A stretch of 64,000 bases of DNA from Lama glama. Its lineage: Eukaryota. Of the stretch, positions 11,542-25,834 are shown piece by piece. The translations under genes were made by a program, and so were the position numbers. Each line of letters opens with the position of its first letter. Position 1 is the stretch's first letter. The DNA is taken from assembly GCA_028534125.1 (NCBI GenBank), contig CM052850.1, positions 1,240,001 to 1,304,000 on the forward strand, written 5' to 3'. The notes under the pieces were generated by a model that made no database searches, was not told the DNA's origin, and saw only the letters and a program-made list of their open reading frames with translations.

Positions 11542-13398
11542 CTATGACCAACCAGAAGCAAAACTACCTATAATACTCTGAAGCTCGAATGTGTCAAAAA
11601 GAAGCACCCACTCTAAGTGTTTAAAACACCATTATGTCAAAAAAAAAAAAAAAAAAGAAAAAGTATATGCTGAAGATATTTAATTTCACCTAAATACAAG
11701 ATGGGAAAATCAAAACAAATTACTTAATTGCCAATAAAAGATACAATGGCTCAGTTTTACTTATATAATTATTTTGCTTTCACAAAATCATAAAAGTACG
11801 AAGCATGGAAAAGACCTGGGAACTCATCTGCTTCACCAATGAGGCACCTGATGCCAACAGTGTAAAAAGCCCGCCTGTGATCCAAAGCCATGCGCTATGG
11901 GCCCCAGGACCCGGCGTGCTCTAACTCACTAAGCCATGTGCATGAATCATGGATTAAGAGTGACCACTAGCCCACAGATGAGACACTCTGGCCCTCAGTT
12001 TAACTTCACCTGGGCAGCCTTAATGGTCCCAGTCAGACATCCACCTTCCACCCTGCAACTCTACCACCCTTCTGAATAAACGAGGCCAGTTTCAGCAGTA
12101 AGGAACAGCCTAAGATCCCACACATGGAGCTGGAGGGGAGCAGACGCCATGTGCACTGCTCAAGTGAAGGTGAGTAAAACAAGGGAAAACAGGCAGCATT
12201 TACAGAGAACTCAGGATGAGGTACAGAGGCTGGTGATACACTGACTACTGTCAGGCTTTCCGTAATCGTCACCAGGCAGACCTAAAAGGGATGAGAAACT
12301 GGAAAAGAGATTTTATTTTCCACCTGAACATTTTTGGGAGGCAGCTGCAGAGAATGGCGGCCGAGCAGGCAGGAAACGCTGAACTCTTTATCCCGAAAAC
12401 ACTGGTCCTTGGGCTTCACAGTTCTTTGGATTTTTCCCCTTGCCTTTCCCCAGCACCTCTCTCTCTCTCTGTGCTCCTCTCAGTTTTTGCCATGTTTTTC
12501 TCTCTGCTTCTCCCTCTACTATTAATCTTAAAATGGAACTATTATGTTCTTATTTCTCTTTCCTCCCTAAAAACCCTACTATTTATTTGCAAGCAGCCTG
12601 CAAAAATGTAAGATTCTTTTGCCTACTGCAAATACATTTGCCAAACTGTGTTAACGAATCAAATGGCTACTTAGGTATTTATGCAAACATTAGTGGTATT
12701 AATAAAGCAGTACAGAGTAAAGACCCTTTTCTGTTTATATGAAATCATCTGTATCGCTTTGGAAAGGTATTAAAAAAAAAAAACAGTCACAAATAACCGA
12801 GTAGTGTTTATCTTTTCCTAGCAAGAGACTTGGGCTCTCGCTCTGAGACAAATTCCTATGAGCCCAAACAACACTGAAATCATATGATGCTACTGCTGGC
12901 CGGGGACAGGCATAAATGTCAAGGAAAAGAGCGGTAGCTTTTCCCAAAAATGTAATTTATTTTGTATAGTGGATCTGAAAAAAACAAAAACAACAACAAC
13001 AATCTGTGTGCAAGCCGTAACACACTCGTCCTGTGGGCTGCGAAAGACCCCACGCTTCCCAGGGCAGCACCGTCAAACGGCAGTTACGCCTTCCAGAGGA
13101 AATGTCTCTCTCTGTGGAGCTGACGGCTCTGCACCGGGTCACTTCCAGCCACCTCAACTAAAGAGAACTGACAAAAATGTCAAAGTAGGTTGAGAGTTTT
13201 GCACTCCCATTACAATTCCTGAGAGGTGGCGGAGTTCGCATCTCCCACAGCCCTTGACATGGCTCTACTGTGCAGCCTTTGGAGAATGCATTCAAGCTCC
13301 CAGAGCAGCCAGTTCGCAAGGCTTCAGGAACAAAATGCNNNNNNNNNNNNNNNNNNNNNNNNNNNNNNNNNNNNNNNNNNNNNNNNNNNNNNNNNNNN

Positions 13399-13825
13399 NN
13401 NNNNNNNNNNNNNNNNNNNNNNNNNNNNNNNNNNNNNNNNNNNNNNNNNNNNNNNNNNNNNNNNNNNNNNCTTGTTGTTGTCTTTCATTCCATCACTCTT
13501 AGTTACAGTTACTCCTTTGCTACAGTCCCTTCTCACCTCTTTGGGAGGAAAGCTTCTTCCTTGGTCTCTGTTCACTTCTCGCGGCTTGATGTTCTCTTTG
13601 AAGGTGACCATGGGCTTCTCTGCTGGGTCACAGCTGCTGCTTACACTCCGGCCCGTAGACAGCACTGACTTCAGCCCCGGGTTCCCGTCCGCAGCTAATG
13701 ACTCTATCACGGACGTTTCTTGCAGAATGAGGTTCTCTTTGGCTTCACTGGGGTCTTCCAGTATTAACTCTGGGATTTCTGTGATAAATAACAATTTCCC
13801 TACCTCATTTTCACACTGAATCAGC
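13399..13825 (-). CDS. SMG7: SMG7 exon 14 (long form; the short form ends at 13537 via an internal donor)
   Basis: tttag|LIQCENEVGKLLFITEIPELILEDP...SFPPKE|gtgaga (short donor), continuing VRRDCSKGVTVTKSDGMKDNNK into the N-run; the long-form end at 13399 is inferred from the recalled 46-aa extension. Confidence 0.88.
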
Positions 13826-14678
13826 CTAAAAAAGTAAAAATAAATCCATATATGAAAAACATAAATCTAAGAAACAGTAACAACTGAACTGTGTATAGGT
13901 CCCACAGCCAATACATTCCCAGCCTAAAAACGTCAGAAACAGCGGGATGTAACAGTGCGGATTCAGGTGACAAAAAGGAGTTACGGAGAAACTCAGACTC
14001 ACTGTCCCACTTAACATTACCACAACATACTCCCATGACCTCTTGATGTTTCCTAAAAATTACAACCACATTTACTGAGCATGTCTGAAGCACAAGACAC
14101 GAGACTAGACACCTGAAGTAGCTAGAAGTCTGCAGGTGTGAATCCCGAAGCTCAGAGGTATTAAGTCCACCCAATATACAACCATGTAAGCGCTTACAGA
14201 AATGTTACTGACTCTGGAAAGGTTATAATCAACTGGATACACACCTGGGTAAGAGGCAGAGCCAGACACTGAACTCAAACCTATCTGACTCTAAAACCTC
14301 TGCTTTTCCATTACATCAACAGCCACACCTGCTCTGTATTTAACTGGCCACTAGCACCATCCTGGTCTGTCTGGACTGAAACTGACCACAGTGCCCCCGT
14401 CAACACAAATCACTGTAACTATGAACGCGCAGTGTAGCTAGCCTGACGTAGATGTTTATAAATCAGAGCAGACGCTCCTGATGCTCAAGGGAGACAAGGC
14501 CAGTGCCTCTACAACAGGCAGTGTAATGGAGAGAACGGAGGTGAGAGATACTACGATCACTAGGGACAGAATCTGATGCTGTGTTACCGACATTCTGATG
14601 TAAGAGTTTATAATCAACAGCATCACATCAAAGCCTTACGCCCACGTGGGTGGTGCGTGTGTGTCGGGCGAGGGCTAC

Positions 14679-14798
14679 CTCGGCTGATTGTCTGCGATCC
14701 ATTTGCCTATGGAGATCAAACGCTGCTGCCGAATCTGCCGCTGCTGGCCCTCTTTGTCTCCTGTGATACCCTGGTGGCCTTTGGAAAAATCCAAGTTC
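14679..14798 (-). CDS. SMG7: SMG7 exon 13
   Basis: ttcag|NLDFSKGHQGITGDKEGQQRQIRQQRLISIGKWIADNQP|gtagcc; 120 nt. Confidence 0.95.
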
Positions 14799-15339
14799 CT
14801 GAAATTGAGAAAAGCAAATTACAGAAAATTAAACTGCTAAAGTTATTTTCCAGGCAACCAAGTTCACCTAATTAATTGTGATGGCTTCAGATTTTCCCAT
14901 ATAGGCCAGCCATGTGAGGCAATCAGTTGCATTTTTCAGAATTTATACTCCCAAAGATTTTAAATGCAATAAAACAATGCGGAAAAGACAGTATTAAAAT
15001 TCACTACATGAATGTGTTATTTTTTACTTGTACTTCAGTTTCTAATTAAGGCGCTCAAGTCACAACCGTTTGTTAGGGAAGATTCTTTTATTATAAGAAT
15101 AAATGTTTCATTAGTACTTACCTTGCATTCTAAGTAATTTACTTCAAATGACCATGGCAATGCTAAGGGTCTCTGAGATGCCTATTCTAACAAATAACAT
15201 TAAGTCACCCATGCTCCTGTGGCCCAATCGAAATTGGAAAAATGCATAAATATCACAAGGTATATAGAGCAGAAGACTCACTGACATTAGAAAGTCAACC
15301 CAAAAAATTTTTCAGATTTCTCATTAAACTATCTGTTTA

Positions 15340-15950
15340 AAACAAAACAAAAAAAAAGCATCCAGGAACTGCTAGGCAGTAGGCCAGGTGCTGAGGACAC
15401 AGAGATGAATGAGGAATAGGCCCTATTTCAAGGAACAAATAGCTATGATTTAATCTGAAGAAATAAAAACTATGCAAAGAATAGGAGAAGCATAATAAAG
15501 AAGGGCTAGTTTCTTCTGATAAGCCTTTAAGTTTCACAGGAAGTGATACCTGAGCTTGGACAGGTAAGGGCAAGCGCTTATAGGTTGGTTAGGGAAGGGC
15601 AGAAGAGGAAACAGGAGTGCTCTAGGCTTAGCAGAACAAAGTTCTGGAGGAATAAAAATAGAGAGCTATTCAAGAATGGACAGAGAGTATGTATGCAGTA
15701 TGTGTAGTACGGGGGAGGGGGAGCAGGGAGAGGGGGTGACAGTGGCAGAAACTGTGGCTGAAAAACTAACCTTCTGGACATTAAGCCAAAAAAGACACTG
15801 TAACAACTGAGGGTGAGTAAACTGAACTTTTTATATTAGTAATGGGACATCATCAAGTCTAAACTCTGAAAATACAACTGTGGAAGCAGAGCAGGGCTAC
15901 ACAAGGAGAGGAACTTTAAGTGGCGTGGCTGATTAGGAAGCTTTTTGGTT
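15340..15950 (+). mobile_element. L2 fragment (degraded, approximate bounds)
   Basis: Purine-rich L2-like motifs (ccaggtgctgaggacacagagatgaatgag; ctgaacttttta...gtaatgggac). Confidence 0.5.
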
Positions 15951-16630
15951 TTTAAGTGTAAAGGTTTTTTTTTTTTATTGTGTAACATAAGCAAAATTAT
16001 TTAAGTTAATAAATCTTTAAAGAACTTCACATGTTCTGATTCCTTCCACTGCCCATCACCCTCACTGCTCCAATGTGTGAGTCGTAATCTTCAGGATAGC
16101 CCTTCCAAAAAGAACTTTTGCTCAGTCAAGTTGTCATGTCAGTCAGTCCATGATTCTTTTAGTTGGGCTTCTCTGATCTCCAGTGGAACACGGACACACT
16201 TCAAAAGCTCCTCACCTCTAATCTTTGGGATCCAGTTTCCTCAAGCAATTTACTTTAGGAGTATTACGTATTTGGGGTTGGGGAAGACGGATCTCCCTGG
16301 TTCTGAGTTCTAGACACTCTTTAAGCAAGCCTCAAGTTTACAGTGTATTTACTCCTAAACTTATCACACCCTGGAACAGGACTGATCGCTGGGGTACGCC
16401 AACACCGACGGTAAAAAGCGCGACCGTCAGCTTTTTCAGTTTATCTAGCAGCTCTGTCTCGTAGTCCTTTCCCACAGATCTATCATGCAGTTCCGTGAGT
16501 AAGGGAAACCACACAGCCACTCTGTGAGGCAGTTCCCACAACGCAGGTCTATGGAAAAAGCCCCATCGGGATAGACCTCAACCAGGAAGCTTTTTTAAAC
16601 TCTAGGTAAGTGGTGACAGAAGCCACCTAC

Positions 16631-16691
16631 CTGAAAGAAGGTCTCAAAGCCAAGAATCCTTGTAACTCAAACTCCTCTGGAAGTGGTGTAG
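16631..16691 (-). CDS. SMG7: SMG7 exon 12
   Basis: ctag|(A)TPLPEEFELQGFLALRPSF|gtaggt; 61 nt; contains the LPE(E/D)xELxGF motif of EST1/SMG5-7 proteins. Confidence 0.95.
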
Positions 16692-17014
16692 CTAGAGAAG
16701 GGTAGAAATCAAACTCTGTAAACATTTTAATTAAAATATTGCTGTTCAGTAGAACACTGCTTCCTAAATTAAAAAATTTTTTTCTATATAGAAGAAAAAC
16801 TATAATGTTCATAGCTCTGTGCTCTTCTTTACAGTACCCTGGTCAAACAGCTTACCTGCCCAGCCCCTGCATGCTGCCTTTGGGCCCTAAACAGGGCCCA
16901 TACCCGCCAGTGCTCAATGCTGGGGACAACGGGTATGATGGACTTGCCCCCCTCTGCAGGCTTAAAAATCCACAGCCTCAGACCCAATCATCACAACGTT
17001 TAGACCATCTCCTT

Positions 17015-17172
17015 GTTAACTCAAGTTTTAAATATCAACACTGACATCACCTGGGAGCTTGTCATAAATGCAGAATCTCCGGCATTATCCTAAACCTACT
17101 GAATCATAAACTGCATTTGAACAAGATCCCAGGTGATTCATTTGCAAATCTGATGCTTGAGGGGCACTGATC
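17015..17172. mobile_element. MER5-type hAT-Charlie DNA transposon remnant
   Basis: atcacctgggagcttgt...aaatgcagaatctcc...aacaagatcccaggtgattc. Confidence 0.7.
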
Positions 17173-17877
17173 TAATGGAAGAAGAATCATCAGAAAGGAG
17201 TCAACTACAGCCTGTTCAGTGCAGGATTATTTATGCTGGGGAAAAATTTTTGGCAAACAGACAATGATTAAATAAATTATGGCATATCCACAGGATGGAA
17301 TATTAAGCAGTCTGTAAAAACTATGTTTCAAAATGCAAAGGAAAATGCTAACAATATAACGTTAAACTTAAAAAGCAGGCACAAAGCTGTATGATACCAA
17401 TCAATGCAGGTATGTGTGTGTACACACAGGTGAAAGTCTTAAAGAAAATACACTGCCATGTGAACAGCATACAAAATACTTCTGCATGAGGGAACTAAGG
17501 GTGATGCGTTCTTTATATTTTACGTCCCAAATGTTCTATGGTAAGTACTACTTTGACAGAGTAATGTTGTTTATATTAGTTCTTTAAAAAAAAAAGTACA
17601 AATGAGGAGGAGGAGACGACGGAAAGCACTTGAAGGCACTGCCCTCTCCGGACTCCTATTCAAATGCAGCGACACAGAGAGCAAGCTGCTGAAAGAACAG
17701 AGCAGCCTCAGCTCCCTGTGTCTCCACGTCCTGAACCAATGCAGAGTTCAAAGTCGCTTCTGAGACACTGAATTTAAAGTCAAACACTTAAGGACAAAAC
17801 CTGGTTTTCCCTGGCCTTACGCCCACCGTGTGTGCTGGCGAACCACGTGAGCAACACAAGGTCAGGGCAACCCTCAC

Positions 17878-17948
17878 CGTTAGTGCTTGAAAGATCCTCT
17901 TCATGGGGGTGGAAGCTGTTCAGAAGAGAAATCAGCCAGGGCCAAATG
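17878..17948 (-). CDS. SMG7: SMG7 exon 11
   Basis: tgcag|IWPWLISLLNSFHPHEEDLSSTN|gtgagg; 71 nt. Confidence 0.95.
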
Positions 17949-20552
17949 CTGCAAATTAAATAGTTCAGACTTTACTTTTGCATAAGAGAAACCAGAACAC
18001 TAAGAAGCCATGAAAATGCTACCTGAGGGGCCTAGACTTTATGAATCTTCCCCTTGCATCAGCATTTTAAAGGCTGTATGGTTTCCTAAAACGTATTTCC
18101 AAATATGTCCATGTAAAAGGTACACCAGCAGGGCCAAGTTCCTGATAGGGACCTACTGCTGCGCGTCATTTCCCAGGCTAATTTAACAGGTAGCAAAATT
18201 AATTCATCAGTCCTACACATTGAAAATTGGTATTTACTGAGAAAACTCTGACCAGAGAGTATTATGACCAGCGTATTATGCTTTTGCACTTTTCACGTAT
18301 ATTATCAGTTGTGGAGCCTGTTACTAGTTCTTAATCTGTAATGGGGGGGGTGGGGGGGTGGTTACATTATAGCCAAATCACATTCTCTGTCCAAAGTGAT
18401 GAACATGCCTTTGATGTTAAAAAATCCACACATTGTTATAATATCCTTCTCTCTAAGCTCTGGTTCCTAATACAAAATTTTTGCAAAAGTTTGCAAAATA
18501 TTAAACAATATTTCAAGTATTTAATTAAAATGTTAGAAATAATCACAATCTACTTCAGGTAATACTAAGGTTTTCTTGGAAATAGTAACAACCAATGTTG
18601 GTGAAAAGTGTGGTTAAAAAAAGAGCCCAGGGTGAGGTGCCCGGGATAGAGAAACTGGGTGTAAATAATCACATCACAGAAAAAAACTGGAGGTTGACAA
18701 CTATTTCTGACAATTGTACACTTTGAAATATGGGAACATGCTACTTAAAAAATATAAATGAAATATACAGAAAAACGTATAAGGAAGTAAACAGTGAAGA
18801 ATAAACACTATGAGCCTTTCAGGGATGCAACAAATTAGGAGACAGCTGGAAAAGAAGATTAATAACAATGTTGGACTAGAACAACCATGTCCTTATGCAA
18901 CAAATATGAGATCTCAAGAAGCAGACTGCAGAAGAGTGTGAGAAATGACTTAATGATACCGCTTTACCCTACTCTGGGTTACTTAATCTAACTTTGCTTT
19001 CTACAAAGGACAAAAATACATCACTATTTCACAAATTTATTACCTTAAGATAACGTGTTCTTAGAAAAGTACAGGAGAAAACAAATTCTAGAACTTGAAA
19101 AGGTCCGAAAGCAAGAAACTGAAGGTTATTTGAATATGTATAACATTTTGAGTTCACAAAGGGAAGAGGAATAGTTTTTTCATTATTTAAAAGATATAAA
19201 TGACAATTATTAACCTTGATGTATCAGACACATAAAGAAAATCTCCAGTTTTAAAGAAATACTCCACACTAGTCTAAAATGAGTAGTAACACAATTGAAG
19301 ATGGAATGAAATACCTGCAAGGTATTCATTATATTATAATTCTAAAGATCCTAACAAATCTGAGAGAAAGAAGGGGGAAGCGTAAATGACAGGGAACAAA
19401 AAGGAATAAAGTTTGTAAAAAGGTATTCCTTCTGTCTGAATGAATATCCTTCGCAATGATAAGAAATGGGAATGCACAGAGTGGGCCTAAAAGATAATTG
19501 TGCAGGAACAAAAACCCAAATAAAAATATCAATGCTTCTTTCATAGCATTACTGATACAACTTACTGAACCAAACACAAGTTCTAAAGTACACATAGGAA
19601 GGAAAAATGTACAGCCTCTGGTCAAGAAGTGAAAATTCTGTGCAACAAAGCAATGTCTAAAATTATGCATTACTCACCGATAGCTACACATTGGCACAAA
19701 AAGGAGCTGTGTAGCGTGCTGTGCTATGTTGCTGAGCCCTATTCAGGACGATGTCAAAAATGAAGGCACTTCAAGTAAGGTTTGAGGGAAAAAGAGGAGA
19801 GAGGTGTGAAGTAAGAGGGACCCCAGGGTCTTAAATGTGGCCAGGACAGTTTCTAGGCTGCGACCTCAGTCAGTGTGTGGACGCTGGGCCACAGAGCAGG
19901 AATTTCAGAGGCTCTCCTTACACCCACCAGCAGCACACGCAGGGGAGGAACTTTCTGCTCACTGCAAAGCCTTCCTGGAAATTTTTATTTCTGTAAGCAA
20001 AGGTAAGCTGAAAGCTTTCACTTGTCACTACAGAATGAGTAGTTCCTACGAACTGTCAGAACTGTTCTGAGCAGAGATGGTGAGAGCCAAGATAACGTCC
20101 AATCTTCAATGCTTAAAACAAATATAACTCAAATCAGGTGTTACTAAAAGGCAGCTTACGTATCTACACAGCTTACGTACAGAAAATAGCGGAAGAAGTA
20201 AAAATCTCTTTCCTTCAACTCCTAAACAGAAAAGGGACACAACGTAATGAATGAGAAACAAAATGGTTTTATTTCAATTTCATTTTGAAATATGAAAAAT
20301 GCCTTTTCCCCAGGATGTCAAACAGCAACAGGGGGAGCAAACAGGGAGGGATCCTTATGACTGTGCCTCACGTGAAGAATTCAAACAAATGAATGAAAAG
20401 CATACAAAGAAGTCTTCAGTTCAATTTCCAAAAAGTTAGGTGGAAAATACAGTCTTCCATTGTTCCAATACTGTGTTTTAGAAGGTCGTTTCTACGTTAT
20501 CTATGAAATCAAACGAAGCACACAAGCTAACGTGAAACGCCAAGACACTTAC

Positions 20553-20709
20553 TACTGTCTTTCATCCACCACCGCCTCCTGGAAGACCCTGGGCCTGAGC
20601 CTCAGCCAGTCCATGGAGACCTTCACTGCAGGGAGGGGGTAGGCGTTGTAGGACTCCTCCTGAGACTTGTTCTGGAGAGGACATTTGCACAGGATGCCAA
20701 GAAAAGACA
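20553..20709 (-). CDS. SMG7: SMG7 exon 10
   Basis: ttaag|(M)SFLGILCKCPLQNKSQEESYNAYPLPAVKVSMDWLRLRPRVFQEAVVDERQ|gtaagt; 157 nt. Confidence 0.95.
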
Positions 20710-21057
20710 CTTAAAGAGAAAACGTGTTTAGAAAGTGTAAGATATCTGAAATTGTGTACTAGTCCAAATTACAATATTATTATGAACCTTCTGCAAATGC
20801 TACTTAACACTTAAATATCTCGCAGCTCCTTTCTAAAAAGGTACTTTCTCTCCCATTTTAAAAATGTTACAGATACAGTTGATGAGGGGGGGTCAGTATG
20901 TAAAAAGACAGGAGTTAGAGTTTAGGCCTTCTGATTCAAGATTAAGAAATATAGGACACTTTGTAATGTTACTAATGCTTTATTACAATGATGAAAACGC
21001 CCAAGATTATGCTTTCCAAAGAAGACGGCACAGGAAGTTAAACGATTTAATACTCAC

Positions 21058-21220
21058 TAAAGAGGGCTAGCAACTGTGTCCAACACAGCTGCTCATCTTG
21101 GCTATAACTATGCTGTTCCGTTTCGTTGCTAAAGTCACGAAGGTGATGAAGTTGAAACAGGTTAATGACAGTGACGTGAACTAACTGCTGAGAGTTGAAA
21201 GCTTTTTGGAATAGCAGCCT
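21058..21220 (-). CDS. SMG7: SMG7 exon 9
   Basis: tgcag|RLLFQKAFNSQQLVHVTVINLFQLHHLRDFSNETEQHSYSQDEQLCWTQLLALF|gtgagt; 163 nt. Confidence 0.95.
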
Positions 21221-24200
21221 CTGCAAAAGAAGACAGGAACACTGCTATATTATCAAGAACAGAAGCCACCTTCAACACAAGATTACACCGGCAGTCTGCA
21301 TTTAGAGTCCACACTATTTTAATGAGTCTGATGTGGTCTGATGTTTCTCATGCTGCCTTTTTTTACCTCGAAAGGGTTTAACTCAGACACCACAGAGCTG
21401 TTTGAGCTCTTTTCATTATACTTTTTTCCACAAGAAATGATATATCTTTCAAAATGATCTGAGAAAAAATGTTTTGGGAGACCATCAAATATTTATACAT
21501 CTTAATCCGTTAGAAGCTGTTTTATAGGAGATGCAAACATACTAAAATATTAAACTGGAACCAATGAGTAGAAAATAGATGCACACACTAAGAAACAAAA
21601 TTTCAAACAAAAAGACTCAAAAAAATACATTTTTGAACTCTTGATACATAACAGATGGCTTCCAAAATTTGTCATAAAATTTACTCTTTCAAAGGCTTGA
21701 TGCATTTAAAGAAACTTATTTATAAATGGGAGATAAAGCAAGAATGTATCTGGAACACAGGGTCATTAACGTGTCCTAGGCACTTCTACAAATCGTTATG
21801 CTGATGTTTCCCCGATTGGAGAAGCATGGTCTTCATTACGGAGTTTCCCTGACTCAGTAACTGTGGGGTCAAGGGACCCGCTAACTGGCACTCCGAGGAA
21901 AACCTCATCCACGTGCTCTCCGCTGCTGCTCTCACCTCAACCATGCCGCCACCTCAGTGTTTGCAGCAGTTCGGGTCACTCCATGTGACATGCTTTTCAA
22001 ACACAAGCCCCTAACAAAGTTGACAGCTACTAGAGATGAATGATATCCTGGCTTCAGCCTACACTTTAGCCGTAGCCAACTACTCTCCCTCCCCAGGGGA
22101 GATTTTTGGAGAAAGTGGGGATTCACTGTCACTAGCCTGATGGTGGGAAATAGAGAATGTTACTTACAGTTCTATCAACAGCGACAAGAGATCCCACCAC
22201 CTCAGAAATTTATAGCTGCCTTTGTTCATCCTGTTCTGAGATTTTTTTCTATTTGCACTGTTAAAGAATCTGAAATATTCAAAGTTCTGTCATTCTATTA
22301 ATGGCATCATCACTGGAGAAATAGAAATCCACTCCACTTCATTCTCCCCGTCCTCTCTCTTCCGTCTCCTCGCCATTCCAGGCTATACGTCAAGAATGCT
22401 TACTCCTTTCCTAAAGGCATCAAGCATTTTTCTCTGTTACTCCAAATGTCCCAAAATGCTCTCTCTTCTCCAGAGTTCTGCCACAAAACTTCTCCTTCAT
22501 CCAACTTCTACATCTAACCTTCTAGATAAGCTGATCATTTACACAAATGCATAATACTAGCATAAAATGAGAATACTAATTTGTATTTTTCAAAAAGCAT
22601 TTTTCTCGTAAGTACAATTTACAGCAACGTACCCCTTGTATCTACAAAACCACTAGCCTTTGTTTTAGAGGGCAACGCCCTACAGAGCAGAACCACTACC
22701 CTTTAAAAATGTTTCTAGCGCAGGCACAGCGACAGGACAGCACGTGCACGCAGCCTAGTAGTACCAGCAAACGGTAGCAGCGGCTCAGGCTCAGGGAGGC
22801 GCAGACTTTGTCCTGTTCTCCCCTGTATCTCGGAGGGCTTAGAGAAGCGCCCAGTACATAGCAGGCGCTCACTCAGTGAAGGAATAACCCACACTTCTAG
22901 GAGTAAATGTGTAATTATTCAGTTGTAATTTGTAAAATTTAGATTGTATTTTAGTAAACAGAGGGGCTCCCTGGGAACAAAATCGGACCGGAACTGACTT
23001 TTTGTTACTCAAAGACACTTTCAGCAGTGGATTGAGGAATATACTGAACTAAATACCATTAAGAAACAGGACACATTTAACAGATATAAAGTCTTATATC
23101 TCAGTTCCTAAACCCCAGGCCTTAAGCCCTTCCATGAATCTCAATTTGATATACATTTCTGCTTAGCAGCGACAAGACTACTAGTGAGACAGGCACACTG
23201 ACATTCACATGTGGATAATATGAATTATCTCTAAATGCTTCAGAAATACTCACTCAACTGTGCTAAAATTTCATTCTGACAATGTTCTTCTGATATTTCA
23301 GTACTGAGTAAGGTTTAAAATAGATCTGCCTCATGCTATGTTTAACTTCAGAGCATTGGAATGATACTTCAAAGTGTATTTTAGCAATTGCCCACATATA
23401 CCCACTGAACTTCACATTCAGAAATATGTATCCGAAGAGAATATTAGTGTTTGAGGTTGAACCAAATACAAAACTGACTACATTTTAGACTAGGATAATT
23501 TATACAGAGAAAACCTCATTAAGGTAGGATCCCGCCCCTCAGCCCCACTTTACAGAGTATCTTTCATAGAACCAGAGCTGGAAGCAATCTCAAAACGCCA
23601 TCTGGTCCAATCCCCCCGCTATTTAATGGGACTGCACATAAACCATCCAAGAAAGATGGCTGTCAGTCTGACTTTTAAGCTCTCAAAAGAGAGACCCCTC
23701 AGCAGCTATACGGATCTCTATTTAAATTTAAAGATTTTATTTCTGACTTCAGGAAGACAAAGATGTGTTTTTACATATATATAACAAGTTTCACATATCC
23801 CTAATATATACATATATGAAAACATATAATGAAACTATTCAGACACGTTTGTTCTCTCTAGGCTGGGTTTTAAAAAGTTAGCTGTTTCCTTCATAACCCA
23901 ACTCTATAAATCTTGGGCTAAGTTTAAATAGGTCACTAAAAGAAGCGGAGAACAGCAGGGGACTCTAGGAGTTTACTTTAAAACAAACTATTTCTATTAC
24001 AGTTATTCAGTATAATCTCTTACACACAAAAAGTATCAACTAAAAAAATGATTATCTGTTAAAAGCTATTTCACAACGACTATATCTGGCTAACTTATTG
24101 TCTCTTAAGTGTCTAAGTTCTACAGTCTCTGGAATGTGAAACTTCTGTAATACTTATAAAGCTCCAAAGCAGTGACAGACAATGCCCCAAGTGTGCAGAC

Positions 24201-24255
24201 ACCCAGAAGTAACCAGGAAATACAAAATGTTGTTGGAGACTGTCTTATCCACCGT

Positions 24256-24295
24256 TGACTAAAACAGTGACTAAACAGTGACTAAAACAGTGACT
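24256..24295. repeat. Short tandem repeat, about 3 copies of tgactaaaacag
   Basis: tgactaaaacag tgactaaacag tgactaaaacag tgact. Confidence 0.85.
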
Positions 24296-24938
24296 GACAC
24301 ATACTATTCAAATATTTGTTGAATAAGAGAACAAAAAATAAAGTTAATACTTAATTTTGACTCCTCCAGTATTATATATACTATACATTTAAACTGTTAA
24401 TATACTAATAAAAGATTATTTTCATATATAGGAACAGAACAAAGGTCACTTAATTTTATTTTCTTATACAAATTAGTGGAATCTATTCCCATTACGTTCC
24501 GCCGAACACCCACAGACCCTGACGGACCCAAGCCCAGGAAGAACGAGCTCGGTCTGCAGAATGGAAACACGACCTACAGGGCAAATGCCAGAGTCTCGCC
24601 TAAACAGAGAAAGCATCAAAAGCAGGGCTTCCAAAACAGAGAAGAGAAAGCGCTTGGTCTGAGAAGGACCGAGGAGGAGTTCTTCTTTCCCTTTATGATA
24701 TTTTCTCCCAAATGCCAGCTACCAGGTGAAAACACTGCTGCTGTATTTCTTTATGCAGACAGCACCCTCAGTTTTAACTGACGGAATGCTATATGCAAGA
24801 ATTTCTTATGTTTCAAATTTACTTTTTACCAACAGTTCACAGTTAAGTAATGACATAAAAACCGGGAGTAAGCCTCCTCCAAATCTTATGCTTCTTCATT
24901 AGACAAGACAAAAAAATTCTCTATNNNNNNNNNNNNNN

Positions 24939-25074
24939 NNNNNNNNNNNNNNNNNNNNNNNNNNNNNNNNNNNNNNNNNNNNNNNNNNNNNNNNNNNNNN
25001 NNNNNNNNNNNNNNNNNNNNNNNNNNNNNNNNNNNNNNNNNNNNNNNNNNNNNNNNNNNNNNNNCTCATCCCGG
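24939..25074 (-). CDS. SMG7: SMG7 exon 8 (mostly masked)
   Basis: tttcag|C CGG GAT GAG ((S)RDE) then N; the 3' end is inferred from the recalled 136-nt human exon. Confidence 0.8.
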
Positions 25075-25440
25075 CTGAAATGAAAGAAAAATGTCCATGA
25101 ATCTTGAGCAGAACGGCCAGAACCTCTTACAGGAGGGCTTCTCGGACAAAAGCACATGATTGGAGCACCTGATCCCCAAAGGCAGTCAGCTGACTAACTT
25201 TCTGACTCAACACACTCGGTGAGTCAGTACCGCACAGCCTACGCTCCTGCGCTGGGAACAGAGCAGGGGCTGGCTGGCTGAACCCAGGGAGAACGATGTG
25301 CAAAACTACTACACAGGTTCAGAAACTGGGCAAATGTAAGAGAAGAGATGCACAGGGAACCATCTGTTGCTTGTTTGCCCACTTTTGAGAGGGCAAGGCC
25401 ACCAGGTTACAAAACTCTCTCGGAAAAGGCAACCGTATAC

Positions 25441-25591
25441 CTTTCCAGTGCTTTAGAAAGTGCTTTCTGTAGATTAGTCGAGGCAGCTGGGAAAGGGAAC
25501 TTCACAGCGATGCTTCTGCAGTAGTAGAAAATGGTGGTCAGATGGTCTCCTTTGGAGGAAGCTAAGATAGCCAACTGATTGTAAGGCTGAC
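25441..25591 (-). CDS. SMG7: SMG7 exon 7 (TPR / 14-3-3-like domain)
   Basis: ccag|(G)QPYNQLAILASSKGDHLTTIFYYCRSIAVKFPFPAASTNLQKALSKALE|gtatac; 151 nt; contains the GxPYNQLA motif of the EST1/SMG family. Confidence 0.97.
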
Positions 25592-25834
25592 CTGGAGGAG
25601 AAAGTTAAGATTCCAAAGTAACACAAGATGCACAAAGTCTTGCTATCAGCATACAGAAGATCAGCTTTCAAACCTTTATATGAATGAGGAGTATTTTATA
25701 AAATAAATCTCATGACTACCTCATCACAAATGGGCATAACGTAAAGCAGCAGACTTCAGTGATGGTACATCTTATGTTTAGGTTCAGAAGTCACACGATT
25801 CGGGTGGAGAGCACTGTAAGTTCAAGTAAGACTT

